NCBI RefSeq assembly: GCF_963506605.1
Contig: NC_083285.1
Location: forward strand, 48,918,001-48,982,000
Direction: 5' to 3'
Length of the DNA stretch: 64,000 nucleotides
From: Zootoca vivipara
Lineage: Eukaryota
Shown here: positions 25,704 through 38,547 of the stretch, piece after piece
How the letters are laid out: each line of letters begins with the position of its first letter
Numbering within the stretch: position 1 is the stretch's first letter
Notes under the pieces: model-generated
Told to the model about the DNA's origin: nothing
Databases searched by the model: none
Seen by the model: only the letters and a program-made list of their open reading frames with translations
Translations under genes and position numbers: made by a program

Positions 25704-27307
25704 AAACAACGCCACAATTAAGCACCAGAAGATACTGCAACAATTCCTGGTTTGTTTGTTTTTTTGCAAGAAATTGGCAGATCAGAAGTGTTCAATACAA
25801 TTTTTAAAAGCACCATGTTTGAGAATAGACGTGCATTCACATTTCATTACCCTGTTGGTAATCTAATGGATGCTCTTTTAAGTAAGATGTTCCCCTTTCA
25901 CACTTAACTAAAGTTACTACTGAGCTGTCCACCACCTGTGGCAATATAGCTTTGTTAAAACTAAAAAATTGTTTCAGATCCCTGATGCAAGGCACTTCAA
26001 GCACTTGCAAGAAAGTGTCCATGTAAACAGCGATACATTAAAAAAAACAACCCTTAAAAAACCTAAGGCTGTAATCCTGAACACACTTACTAGGGAGTAA
26101 ATCCCACTGAACACAGGAGGGCTTAATTCTGAGTAAACATGCATAGGACTGTGCTGCAAGAGAATCATTTTATAGATAGTTGACCAGATAATGAAAAGTT
26201 CCCACAGCAACTAAACGACATGATCAGAACCAGAATATACACCTCAATCTTTTTTTTTTTAAACAACAATGTTGTGTTTGTGGATTAAAGCACATGATTT
26301 TGGAGGGAGATCACAAACATGCTTATCTCTCAATGAGCAGCAAGTCAAAACACTATGTAAGGTTCAAAGCTGCTAGCAAGCTATGGATCTACTTTAAATC
26401 GATCCACTCAACCCATTGTTCTTGATCCAAACACACACAAGACATTTTTAAATAAATCCAGCTTTTCGTGGTATACTTAAATAGTGATCTAGACTATGTA
26501 CACATTATGGAGACACAGTTCTTGCGCATAATTCAAGTATCCGAAGCACCTAATCAGCAGATGACCAAAACTTCAGTTTGATCCTCTTATTGCTTTTACT
26601 TTTAAGCCACTTCCCCACTTGTGACAAAAAGGAGGTGTGGGGAAGAGAGATGGAAGCAAATTATTAGGCACAGACAGAACAAACACTCCCAACATCAGTT
26701 TAAGGATATCCAAAGACATTGAGCACGATCCACTTGCATTGTGGGCTCAAAACTTGCAAGCAAAGAATTCCAATAGAGCTAAAACGGAGGCTGTTTTCTC
26801 CCTCCTCCACCTGTGCATACAAGGCAGTGCAAAGGAATGTTAAGAGGGGAAAGGAGCACATCTCCTTCACTTTTTCCCGAACTTTTGCAAGGCATGGAGA
26901 GAAGGGACTCAATAGGTCTGTGGAAATGCACAGAGACTTTCCATTTCTCCCAACATGCCATAGCACTGCCTGTATGAGTGCCCATGAGTAGGAGGGGAGG
27001 ACAGGGCAAGCTTACTGAAATCTTCCACATGCAGGTGCTGTGCCTGCAATGCAATGTCATTGTGCCCCAAACCATTAGGAAATGTTTTGTAGGTGGGCAA
27101 TTGTCCATTTCCTAGGGTAGGCTTGTAGCTGCCTGAATGTCACACTACCACCATCGTTTTGGCCAGCAAGATGTGGAATGTGATGTATCCTAAAAATAAA
27201 AAATGCTGAATTCTGATGAAGCTTCTTCAGATCAACCCTCTCTTGCCCCCAGTTCCTTTCCAATGTTTTCCTCCTCCTGTGGCATGTATGAATTTTAAAA
27301 GCCTATA

Positions 27308-27549
27308 TAGTGGTACCTTGGTTCTCGAACGGCTTAGTTGTCGAACAAATCGGCTCTCGAATGCCGCAAACCCGGAGGTTAGTGTTCCGGTTTGCAAACA
27401 TTTTTCGGAAGCCAAATGTCTGACGTGGCTTCCGCTTGAGTGCAGGAAGCTCCTGCAGCCAATCAGAAGCCGCACCTTGGTTTTTGAATAGTTTCGGGAG
27501 TCGAACTCACTCCCGGAACGGATTAAGTCCGAGAACCAAGGTACCACTG
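27308..27549. mobile_element. Tc1/mariner MITE in the putative TDG 3' UTR
   Basis: AGTGGTACCTTGGTTCTCG ... CGAGAACCAAGGTACCACTG|TA. Confidence 0.8.
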
Positions 27550-28372
27550 TACAGAGCATACATATATCCTTCTTAAGGTGGTTCTCTATTCTGGCCAAAA
27601 GTTATCTTGAAACACTAAATCAGGGTTGGGGATCATGTGCCGTTCAATATATTGTTGGGCTACAACTCCAGTCATCCTGGGCTATTGGCCATGCAATCTG
27701 GGGCTGATGGGATTTGGATTCCAAAAACATCTGGATGACCACTGGTTCCCCAGCTCTAAATCCCCAACTGAAAGAAGTGCCACAACTTTCAGTTGCTTTT
27801 CAGAGATCACTGTGAAAGGCTGTTAAAATGTTGGATTTTAGAATCCCTTATGGGCCAAGATTACCCTCAAAATCTGAATCTGAAGCAGTGCCCTTACACT
27901 AAGGGGAATCCACTTGCTCTTAGTGACATCAGCAAGCAGTCTCCTTAGATGGACTAACACACATATGAAATATCCCAACACATGAAAGGAAAAGTTAAAA
28001 ATGTACGTTCACAAACTACATTACAAAATACAGATTTAAAACAAAACCAAAATAGAAAAAAGAAAAAAGGTTTTCACCAATGAGAAGTCAGTTTTCTAAA
28101 ACTGCAACTATGGAACAATTTAAATACAAAAGTCTCATACAAAATAAGAAAGAGAGAGAGAAACAGGGAAGCCTCATCTCTTAAAAAACATTTTCTTTTA
28201 AGTGACCTGATTCATAGTTCTAAATCTACAAACACAAATGGTTATCATAAGAGAGAACTAAGAGGTAAAATGCTATTTAAAAATGCTTCAGTTGGAGAAC
28301 TGAGGTACCATTCTTGACATGTGCATTTTAAAAAACTCCAGCAGAAGTTACGCTTGGCTTAAAAGGCAGCCT

Positions 28373-31300
28373 TTAAGCATTGCTTCCTTCTTCCTCTTGT
28401 GGTCTAGAATTCCTGAAATCTGGAATCTGATCTGTGAACGATTGTGTCATCCACTGTCCATTGGGGACATCTCCAAAGGAAGATCCACTGCTGTACTCTG
28501 CACTGGTTGCTGCAGGAAAACAAACCAAAATGACTTAATCGTTTAGTTGGTGCTCTGGCTGAAGGAATAAAAGGCATTTTCCCAAATGTGCTGCTTACAG
28601 ATTTTGCCCACCAGGGGGCATCTATTCGTCTGTTTGACTGTAGCTGGGGGGTGGCTGAGGGTAGCCACCTCAGGGAAACTCTACCCAGGCATGTCCAAAG
28701 TCCGTTTTGGGGGCCGGTTGATTTAATCCAGCCCACGTGGCAATATATGTCCTGGGGTAAAATCCTTTAAAAAGCTTAACAACTTTGGGGTTAAATCCTA
28801 AGAAAAGCTCAACAACTTTGGGGGAAACTTAAATCCTAAAAAAAGCTCAACAACTTTGGGGGAAACTTAAATCCTAAAAAAAGCTCAACAATTTTGGTTG
28901 TTCACTTCATCACATCTGACCCTCTTTGAAAAAAGTTTGGGCACCCCTGTGAGTCCAACCCATTTCCCCACCATGAAATTTTCAGCTACAAAAGCCAGCC
29001 AGCTGCTATCCATTTAAAAAGAAGTTAAACATGTACACAACTTAAAGCAACTGACTTACTCAATCCATTTCATTAAGAAAACAATTAAAAAAAAACTAAA
29101 GATGGCCATATTTTAGCCAATTCTCCTATAAGAAAGTAAGTGTGCTTCAAGAATTCTATGCCTTCCTCCAAGGCATTCCTGTTGGTCTGTTTTCCACTGG
29201 AAGAGAAATACTTCCCTATCAAATGTCCCATCTTTGGAAGGAGTCTCACTTTGTGCTGACATTAATTATTGGGTTAGTGCCATTACTTTTTATTTGTTTT
29301 TTAGATGGTATTTTAACAAAGAGTTTTGATCTTATGCAGCTCTGGTTCTACTATCTGGTTTAGTGCTCTGCTGCTTCATAAATGATTGTTTATTGTATTT
29401 GTAGTTTCATTTTTATTTGTGAGCCATTATGAGAATCACTTGGGGCTGAAGAGCAAGACAGAAAATAAATGGAATTAAAAAGCACAACTGGCACTTAAAA
29501 TTTGTATTTTGTTATTTTATTTCACTGAAGGTGATAAATAAGTCAAATAACCATGAGAAACTTTTTGGATTTGCTATTTCTCACTAATTTACCATTTCCC
29601 CCAACGGTACCCCTAGACCCTCTGGCATTAGCACTGCTGCTGCTGTGGCTGCTGTTGCTTATCATTATTATCATTATCTTACAAGTGATAAATTGAGAGA
29701 GTGAAAGACAAATAAAATATATGGCAACTGAAAAGACTGAATTTTACTTACACAGATTTATACATGCTTCTAAACACTGGATTTTACAAGTAGATATAAA
29801 GAGTTACATGTGAATGCAGAATGTGACTTCTACTTTATAACACCTAAATAGTTTATACTTTTGCATTCAGTTCCAAATGCAGTGTTGTACTTGTCTAACA
29901 AAAGAAATTAATAGAACCAATCCTAATTATCTTCTGCAACATGGATTAAAATGAAGAGAAAACAAAATATTCCCTATACTCTACCTGTTCCATTTGAAGG
30001 GAAGGTACATGGTTCACCATCCTTGGCTGTTTTCTCACCACAAGCACCCCCGTAAGCTGCTTCATAACCCGGATCATATTTTTCTTCTTTGACAGCCATT
30101 TTCTTAGCATCCTCTGAAGAAATACACACACACACACATTGAAAGCTTAAATCAAATCTCTAACCAGACATGAACAAGTGGATATATGAGAAACAAAAAT
30201 GGAATATAATACATGATCATAGTGGAGAGACCTTAATATGGACATGGATGGGAAACAGTATGATACAATATGGAGTAATGTTGGTGAGAATCAATAAAAA
30301 GAAGAAATATGGCTAACACGTATAAATAATTACAGTATTTAGAGGACCTATCTTGGGCTTTCCATGAAATAAACCAAATGATGACTATGAGACACTGTAA
30401 CTTGGAGGAAATATTGTTTAACAGTGAAGTAGATAGTTCATATTGACTGATGGTTTTAAACAATTTTATATTCTTTCTGTACATGACCAGTACAGTGGAA
30501 CCTTGGTTCTCGAATGGCTTAGTCGATGAACAAATCGGCTCCCAAGTGCTGAAAACCCAGAAGTGTGTATTCCGGTTTTCAAACGTTTTTTGGAAGCTGA
30601 ACGTCCGATGCGGCTGTCGGTTATTGTTTCTCTGGCGCCTGCACCAATAGGAAGCCGTGCCTTGGTTTTCAAACATTTTGGGAGTCGAATGGCCTTCCGG
30701 AACAAATTAAGTTCGAGAACCAAGGTCGCACTGTAGATGGAAAATCGGAAGTCCCTCTTTTGTCATTTTTGCTAATGTTTCTCTGTTTCTGCTTTCTTTG
30801 TTTTCTCTCTCTCTCCTCTCTCTTTATCTCTCTTGCCTCTTTCTCTTTTTCTTCTTTTTCTTGTTTTGTATCTTAGGTAACTGTAACCTTATTGTACGGT
30901 ATTATGGGGAAATCTCAATAAAAACCTTACTGAGAAAAATAAATCAGATTTAAACTCTCGACTTAAGCATATGAGGAGTCTTTCAACAGGATAACACTGT
31001 TATCCTATTCAGAAGGCATATTCTAATTATACCCTTATTGTATATTACAGGCATCCCCAAACTGCGGCCCTCCAGATGTTTTGGCCTACAACTCCCATGA
31101 TCCCTAGCTAACAGGACCAGTGGTCAGGGAAGATGGGAATTGTAGTCCAAAACATCTGGAGGGCCGAAGTTTGGGGATGCCTGGTATATTATATACTGTA
31201 ATATCCAGTATAAAGTAGAATTTTAAGGAATTACAAGTTACAAGACTTCCAAAATGTATTAAAATCTTTGTATTTGCTCTCTCGTTAAACTGTTTAAGGA

Positions 31301-34300
31301 ATAGTTTCACAGAAGAAATCATGCATAAGTTTATGACTTTTGTTTAAATTACGTCAGAACTGCAGTCTTTCCGGTTACAGCACTGAGCAGCTGCCCAGGC
31401 CCACTTTATTTTTCTTATGTGGATTAGGTCTTTTGAGCAAATCCTGGTTATTCTGGCTTTGTAAGCTATACCTTGTGCTAGCTGCAAGTCAAATGTGTAT
31501 TGCACTTCCTGGACCTCTGTATTTGACGCGACACCCTTCAGCTGATCCCTTAGGTCTTTCAGCTTGATGTAATAATGAACTTTATCTTGTGCACGAGGAA
31601 ACTGAGCACATCTTGCACTGGATGAGGGCATAACATAGCAAAGCTGTAAAAAGGAAACAATATCAAAACAGAAGGCAATGTTAAATCAGAAGCCTCCAAA
31701 CTGATAGAGCATTTTTAAAAACACCAACTTTGTTTCAAAAACTTCCATAATCTCACTCACAGGTAATGAAATCTTAAATTCTAAGAAAATAGTTTTGAAT
31801 AGGAGTGTTTTTCTTCTCCATCGGTGCAAGTTTATATCAATTCATTCTTCCACAAATTGTAAGATTCAGTGTTTTTATTTCATAACCATGACAGGAACTT
31901 ACTGTTTCTGTGTCTGGAACCTTATGTGGCTGGAGTCCAAATTCCAACTTTTTAACCTTTACTCCAAAAACCTCTTTGCTGAAAATGTCATAAATGCCTA
32001 GTCAAATTAAATATAAATTGACTGTTAGTCACAATACAATACCAGTGAAATCAATATGCAGAAATCTTGTATATAAAAGGCTCACATTTTCCATTAAAAA
32101 CTGCTATTTTAGGTTGATACTTCTGCAATTTTTGCACCAGAATCCGTCCTCCTTCCCGAAACTCTTTGCTAAAAAGTGGGAGGAAAATATTAAGTTATAT
32201 AAGAGGTCTGGAAATAAAAATGATCTATTTATGGAATTCTAACTTGACCCTACCTGGAAAGGTCCTTGCTCCCTGGTGTTGTCCTTTCCACCATGTTTGT
32301 AAACCCAATACCATATTTATGTGGCAAAGTGTGGTCATCCATATGATTCAACTGTTCTTCACTTAACCCAGACAAAAAGAGACACTTCCCTGTGGAGGCG
32401 GAAAACACATGATTCTTATAGTTTGTGTTACAATGCAGTCAACTTCTTATCACTGCTCAGACAACCAGTACTTGAACATCATGTCGTTTTTGGCTCTCGT
32501 ATTGTATGCTTCCCACACAATTTGCCTCTGATGTTCTTGGAAGGAAGTGAGATAACTGAGATCTTCTCCTGTAGTATGTCACCGCTTGGCATTTCCCTTT
32601 TAGCATTAATGCTGCATATCCACTATTTTACATGCTCACCGTTTCCCCCATGCAGCCATTCACTACACGTCTTCTAGCAAAAGCCAAATCTTGCCCATGA
32701 GCTCATTTCTTTAGCCCTTCTACAATCAGAAAATGCAGAATTAAAACTGCATTCTCAAAAGTTTCAAGAGATCATAGGAGGATGAACTTACAGAAGTGAT
32801 TTCCAGGTCCCGGGTAATGATGGCCTTTGTAGGCTGCCATTAAACCTGGATTTATACCAATCTAGAAAACAAAGGAACAATTAAATATTCTAATCTGTTC
32901 CTTGGAATAAATCAAAGTGCTTTGGATACTTTATATGCCCTGAATGGTTTAGGACTCGGTCGTCTACAAGGCTGCCTTTTGCTGTATGAGCCTGCCCGCC
33001 TATTAACATTATGCTCCTATGTGTTTGGTTTTATAACGTGGTTTTAATGCATTGGTTTTAACTGTCTCTATTTTCTTTGAATATATTTTAATGCTATTAG
33101 TAAGAGAGGATTGTTGCTGTTTTCCATTTCTGTTTTGGCTGTTTTCATATTTTTGGCAACTGACACTTAAAAATGGTTAAGTTGTGATTTTGTTCTGTTA
33201 GCTACCGTGAGCTTTTTTTTGAGGAATGACAAGATACAAATGATTTAAATAAATAAAGACCTGTTTATCACTATAAATTGCTGGAGCAAAGCAGGGTATT
33301 TTTAACTAAAATGTGAAATATCTCAGAGACGACTTTCACTTTCCAGAAAATATAAAGTTAATGACTTATCTCATCAGCTCTTACAGATCTGTTGTATATA
33401 CTTGAAATGTTTATGACAATGGGAAACCACTGTGCTAAAACAGAGGAAAATACTTGAAAACAGCTAAGGAAAAAGCAAAAGTGGAAATAGACCTCAATTA
33501 TTTATTGGGAATGAGGAAATATCAGAAAGTGATCACTTTTTGTTCCCAGCCAATCTAGTAAAATGATCACTTGAAACAACAAATGATCCTTTTCTTATCA
33601 TTTAAAAAGGAAGGGGGGTGATAAATTATCCTCATAGAGAAACTCCCAGGGAAAAAAACATTAAACTGTAGAGCCAAAAGGTCATAGAAGAGGAGGAGGT
33701 GTGTAACATTTCTATACAGAGCCCAAATCTATACAAAGGAAGAACAGAATGCTATTGTTGCAACAGACTAACACAGAAATCCCTTTGGGGTTTACTACAA
33801 AGTTGCTAACTGAAACGGCTGCAAAACAGTTATCTACACAGATATAACTTTCTTACATTTGACTTACAATTACAATATCCAAATTGAAGGTCAGTATATC
33901 AGGAAGAGTTTTGGTTAACAATTCAGCTTCAGATACGCCATTAAAACGATCTACTTTCCTTTTGACTTTAAAAGTATCTGTGATTTTTTCTTGTTTGCCT
34001 TTTGATTTGGCAACTTTAGCAGCAGGTTTCTTGGGTTCAGAAGTTTTGTTTTTTCTCTTTCTTCCTTTAACAGTTGCTGAAAAACAAAAGGAAATGACTT
34101 TTTATTATGTCTTTGGATATGGCAAAATTCTACTATTTATATCTATTTATATTATAATCAGAGATTATGTGAACTGTTACATTAAAAAATCTATTTCTAA
34201 CTTATAAAATATCTATCAGCTAAACATGCCATCTACCAAATAATCTCAGCGAAAGTTGGAAGAACTCCAAATTTTTCTAACTTATCCATCCTGTTACTGC

Positions 34301-37300
34301 CATGAAAAGAGCATGAGATTGCGCTTGCTGATAATATTTATCTTTGGATAGATAAATATTACTAGATACCTGCTGGTACATGAAAGAATTTTTTAAAAAA
34401 TGCCTTGCAAATGAGCTCTGAGCATCAAAACTGACCCCCAGTACCCATTTCTGGAGAAAGTACACAATAAAAAATTACTTGAGGAATCTTAACGTTATCC
34501 AAGTTTAGTTCTAGAGGTTGCTTTTACAAATAAATTAAATTTGCTATATAAATCACAAGGCTGCAAGGAAAGTTTGATTGCATCAAAACTTTTTGTGCAT
34601 TAGCCTATGAAATGCCTTACTACATGGCAAACAATCATATACTGTAGTTATGTTGCAAACTAAGAAGTTGCATTATTAAATGTTATCTGGAAATATGTAA
34701 CAATATCCAAGAATTGTAAGGGGACTGGTAATCTACTATTTTAAATATTGATGTAGAATAAACAAGTAAGACTAAATTTGTAATCATTAATACAATATGC
34801 TGGCCAACCAGAAAAAAATGGGATCATTTTCTGAACAACAAAACTGAATAAAAAGGGTTACATTGCCAATTTGAGATCAATGTAATGCATGGGTAGGCAA
34901 ACTAAGGCCAGGGGGCCGGATCCGGCCCAATCACCTTCTAAATCTGGCCCACTGACAGTCCCAGGAATCAGCATGTTTTTACATTAGTAGAATGTGTGGT
35001 TTTATTTAAAATGCATCTTTGGATTATTTGTGGGGCCTGCCTGGTGTTTTTACATGAGTAGAATGTGTGCTTTTATTTAAAATGCATCTCTGGGTTATTT
35101 TGGGGGCATAGGAATTCATTCATTTCCCCCCAAAAAATGTAGTCCGGCCCTTCACAAGGTCTGAGGGACAATGCACCGGCCCCCTGCTGAAAACGTTTGT
35201 GACCCCTGATGTAGTGCATGTATGAATACCATGATATGGACAGGTTATGCAACTTATTCCCATAACTTCCACATTTACCATTTACTGTATACAACAGAAA
35301 TGCAAGTATCTTAATGTAAACTGCTGCTTCATCAGTTATTAGAAAAAAATGTGCAAGCTCAAGCTGTAAAGAAAAAGGCACATTTTCACAACAAGCATTG
35401 GTTCAGTCAGCAATACCACCACTCTGAAGAATGAAGGTATCCAACTGTTTTCAGATATTCTAAAAGAAATATGTTCCTGCATATTTGCTTAAACATTTCA
35501 AGGAAAACTCTGAGACACCTTGAACAGGTTCTGGAACAAAGTCTGATTCCAAAGGCCCCTGAAGAGCTTCCTCTTCATTCATCATCTCCATGTTTGGAAC
35601 TCCAGTCATCATTTGATGGAATGGAAAAGGATAAAATGCTGGTTGAAGGGCAGTATAATGTCTTAAAAAAAACAATTAAAAAGGTTAAAATTACTACCGT
35701 TTCAAATTATAAATCTGGAACAAATTATAAATCTGGAACAAAATTTCAAGTAGTACTTGACATGCAATTTCATGTCTAGTCTGGTGGATTTCTTTCATAT
35801 TTGGCAACACGAGCACACAATTCTCATCTTATCTATTATATACTTCTGCTCCCACAGGATCACAGCCAAGGTCAGCAATAAGGGTACTTCCAGACAGGTG
35901 CTTGGTGTGGAATGGGTGCTCCTTAGGCATGCACATCTTTTGCAGCATTCACACTTCACAGGACATTGTTTGTTTAAAAATACCATTCTATACTTCCCCA
36001 TTTAATTCAGACTTACCCTTTCCAATAAAAAATCCAATTAATTAAAAAAATGTTGCCAACAGCCAATTTGTGAGATTAACCTCCGTTCTGGAAGCACCCC
36101 AAGGTACCCATGAATAGTTGTGCTTGCTTTTTGTTTGTTAAATATATGATCAGAGTGGTAATAGGGTTGATTCTCAACATCTAAACACAAACAAATGATT
36201 TGGAGAGTTCCGTTTCCTGTTTGCATGATTTGGGAAAGCACAAAATACTGTCAATTGCTAATCAGGTCAGTGAGTCCCAACACAACATAGATTGGTCACA
36301 CTAACCTGGTTCAAGCACTGGAAAACCCTACAAGCAGAGTAAAAGAAGTTACAACACACACTGAAAGGCACCACTTCTTGACAACAATTCAATGAAGAAA
36401 AGACTGTAGAGCAGAGGTACTGCATTTGCCTTGCATGCTGAAAGCCACAGGGCTCAGTCCCCAGCACCTCCAGATTTGGTTGGGGAAGTCCCAAGCAAAG
36501 AGAGCTGCTGCAGGCCAAAACAGACCATCAGATGGATCAGTGGTCTGACTCAGAATAACACAGCTTCCCATGAGACTTCCTATTCTGCGAATAATAATAA
36601 AAAAGGTACCAATATGCTCATGCAAACTGCTGCTGGGAAAACTTGCTGTCATGGGTCAGATACTGTACTAGTTCCTATCCGCAGTTGAGTTCATAGACAT
36701 GCCCCATATGCCGTTTATTTTAAGAGAATCTGAATTGGACCATTGCTGTTGTACTATAAAAAAGGAGGAACAACTAGCATCCTCAGCTCTACCCTCATTA
36801 AGGCAAGTTAGTTTCCACCTTAAGTGTAACTGAAAGAGGGCAGGGAAAAACCATCATTTCGCCACTCTTTACAAGTTCGTAAAGAAGCATTTTACTTTCT
36901 TGGGTTCCATGATCACTGCAGATGGTGACAGCAGTCACGAAATTAAAAGACGCCTGCTTCTTGGGAGAAAAGCAATGAAAAACCTAGACAGCACCTTAAA
37001 AAGCAGAGACATCACCTTGCCGACAAAGGTCCGTATAGTTAAAGCTATGGTTTTCCCAGTAGTAATGCATGGAAGTGAGAGCTGGACCATAAAGAAGGCT
37101 GATCACCGAAGGATTGATGCTTTTGAATTATGGTGCTGGAAGAGACTCTCGAGAGTCCCATGGACTGCAAGAAGACCAAACCTATCCATTCTGAAGGAAA
37201 TCAGCCCTGAGTGTTCACTGGAAGGACAGATCCTGAAGTTGAGGCTCCAATACTTTGGCCACCTCATGAGAAGAGAAGACTCCCTGGAAAAGACCCTGAT

Positions 37301-38185
37301 GTTGGGAAAGATGGAGGGCACAAGAAGGGGACGAGATGGTTGGAGAGTGTTCTCGAAGCTACCAACATGAGTCTGAGCAAACTGCAGGAGGCAGTGGAAG
37401 ACAGGAGTGCCTGGCGTGCTATGGTCCATGGGGTCATGAAGAGTCGGACATGACTAAACGACTAAACAACAACAACAACAACAACAAAGATACTCATCCA
37501 CATTATTTGATCCTGAATACACACCCATAGAAAGGATAATTGCTTTCCAAGGTAACAGGAACAGTTTTGAATACACATTTCTTTTTCTTGAATACACATT
37601 TCATGGAGGCCTAGTTCCATATGAACTGCTGCAAATTGGTAAACCTGTTTCTGGATTGTACCATTTGACACTGCAGGTGGAAGCTCACTTTACTACACAC
37701 TCTTCAATTACACAGTCCCATCCCCTTACTTGTAGGAACTTTAGACACCAGAGGCTTCAAGCCTCTTTCTGACATGCCAGTTTTCTATGTATGGGCACTT
37801 TTTGATAATCTGAATCATTCCAAGCCCACCCAACCACCCACCCAGTCTGGTAGCAGCTTTGTATGTATGTATATGCCTCTCCCATATCAGTTTATGCCTT
37901 CCAACAATTCGCCTTCACTCCTCCATTGTCTCCAGAGACAGATGGCCACCAATCAATACGTATTTATGTGTGTTTGTAAATATTTATAACCCACCCTATA
38001 ATGATCTCAGGACATGGTGCACAAGAACCATTTTTGAAAATTGCTATCAACAGCAGGTAAAAACAACAACAATAAAAAAACAACCACACACACACAGGGG
38101 AGTCATGACAGTAAAATGTGTGCAGTGAGCGGACCTAACAGATCTTGCTCCAATATTACACATGTGCTATTAAGTATATACGGTA

Positions 38186-38225
<40 letters not shown>

Positions 38226-38547
38226 TGCAGCCCTCCATCCTTTGTGCATCTGCCTATGTATCAATAATATAAACACGCATTATAAATAACATAACAGAGG
38301 CGCCCCAGAGCCTCGCTCACTCCCCTCTCCACCTTCCCATTACGGGCTCAGGCCTTGTCCTGCCTGTGGCAAGAGACCCTGGCTTGGAAGCCTTTTGTAC
38401 TCGGCGCAGCCTCCTCCACGGCAGGAGGGGAGGCGACCATGGCCCCCTCCGCCCCAGAGGGACTTGGAAGCCCCCCTGCCCACCCGCTAGCTCGGCCTCG
38501 GCCTCCTTCCGCCCCATCTACCTGGGACCGGGCTCCTCGGCTTCCAT
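28373..38547 (-). CDS. TDG: G/T mismatch-specific thymine DNA glycosylase, 10 coding exons, about 399 aa
   Basis: Exons (-): 38547-38522, 35661-35519, 34076-33868, 32861-32792 (IGINPG catalytic motif), 32389-32254, 32168-32086, 31997-31903, 31643-31472 (MPSSSAR), 30113-29985 (VKEE), 28509-28373 ([14 protein letters not shown]...SNA*). Sum 1200 nt, in frame. Exon 1 (MEAEEPGP) is the least certain. Confidence 0.95.
28686..28949. mobile_element. hAT MITE with an internal tandem repeat of about 38 bp
   Basis: CAGGCATGTCCAAA ... TTTGGGCACCCCTG ends; AAAGCTCAACAACTTTGGGG units at 28770-28895. Confidence 0.65.
30190..30925 (+). mobile_element. Possible L1-like 3' fragment interrupted by a MITE
   Basis: A-rich coding-like stretch, then a pyrimidine-rich tail ending in AATAAA. 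Family not firmly recognised. Confidence 0.35.
30493..30733. mobile_element. Tc1/mariner MITE (same family as 27308)
   Basis: TA|CAGTGGAACCTTGGTTCTCG ... CGAGAACCAAGGTCGCACTG|TA. Confidence 0.8.
31048..31183. mobile_element. 136-bp hAT MITE
   Basis: CAGGCATCCCCAAACT / AGTTTGGGGATGCCTG; TSD GTATATTA. Confidence 0.88.
34888..35208. mobile_element. hAT MITE
   Basis: TSD ATGTAATG / ATGTAGTG; internal duplication of about 80 bp. Confidence 0.7.
36891..37487 (+). mobile_element. BovB/RTE LINE, 5'-truncated, in TDG intron 1
   Basis: ORF 36900-37370 ([25 protein letters not shown]...[28 protein letters not shown]) is the typical RTE/BovB C-terminal region; (CAA)n tail. Confidence 0.93.
38186..38225. 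repeat. (GT)n(GA)n microsatellite
   Basis: Seen directly. Confidence 0.9.

Noticed and set aside
28770-28895. Regular repeats superficially like a CRISPR array
   Set aside because: Tandem units without unique spacers, inside a MITE in a vertebrate intron.
35510-35519. Weak TDG exon 2 donor (G|GTGTCT) as a sign of gene damage
   Set aside because: It is still GT, and exon length and phase fit the downstream frame.
36900-37370. 156-aa ORF as a host gene
   Set aside because: It is a BovB/RTE LINE fragment.
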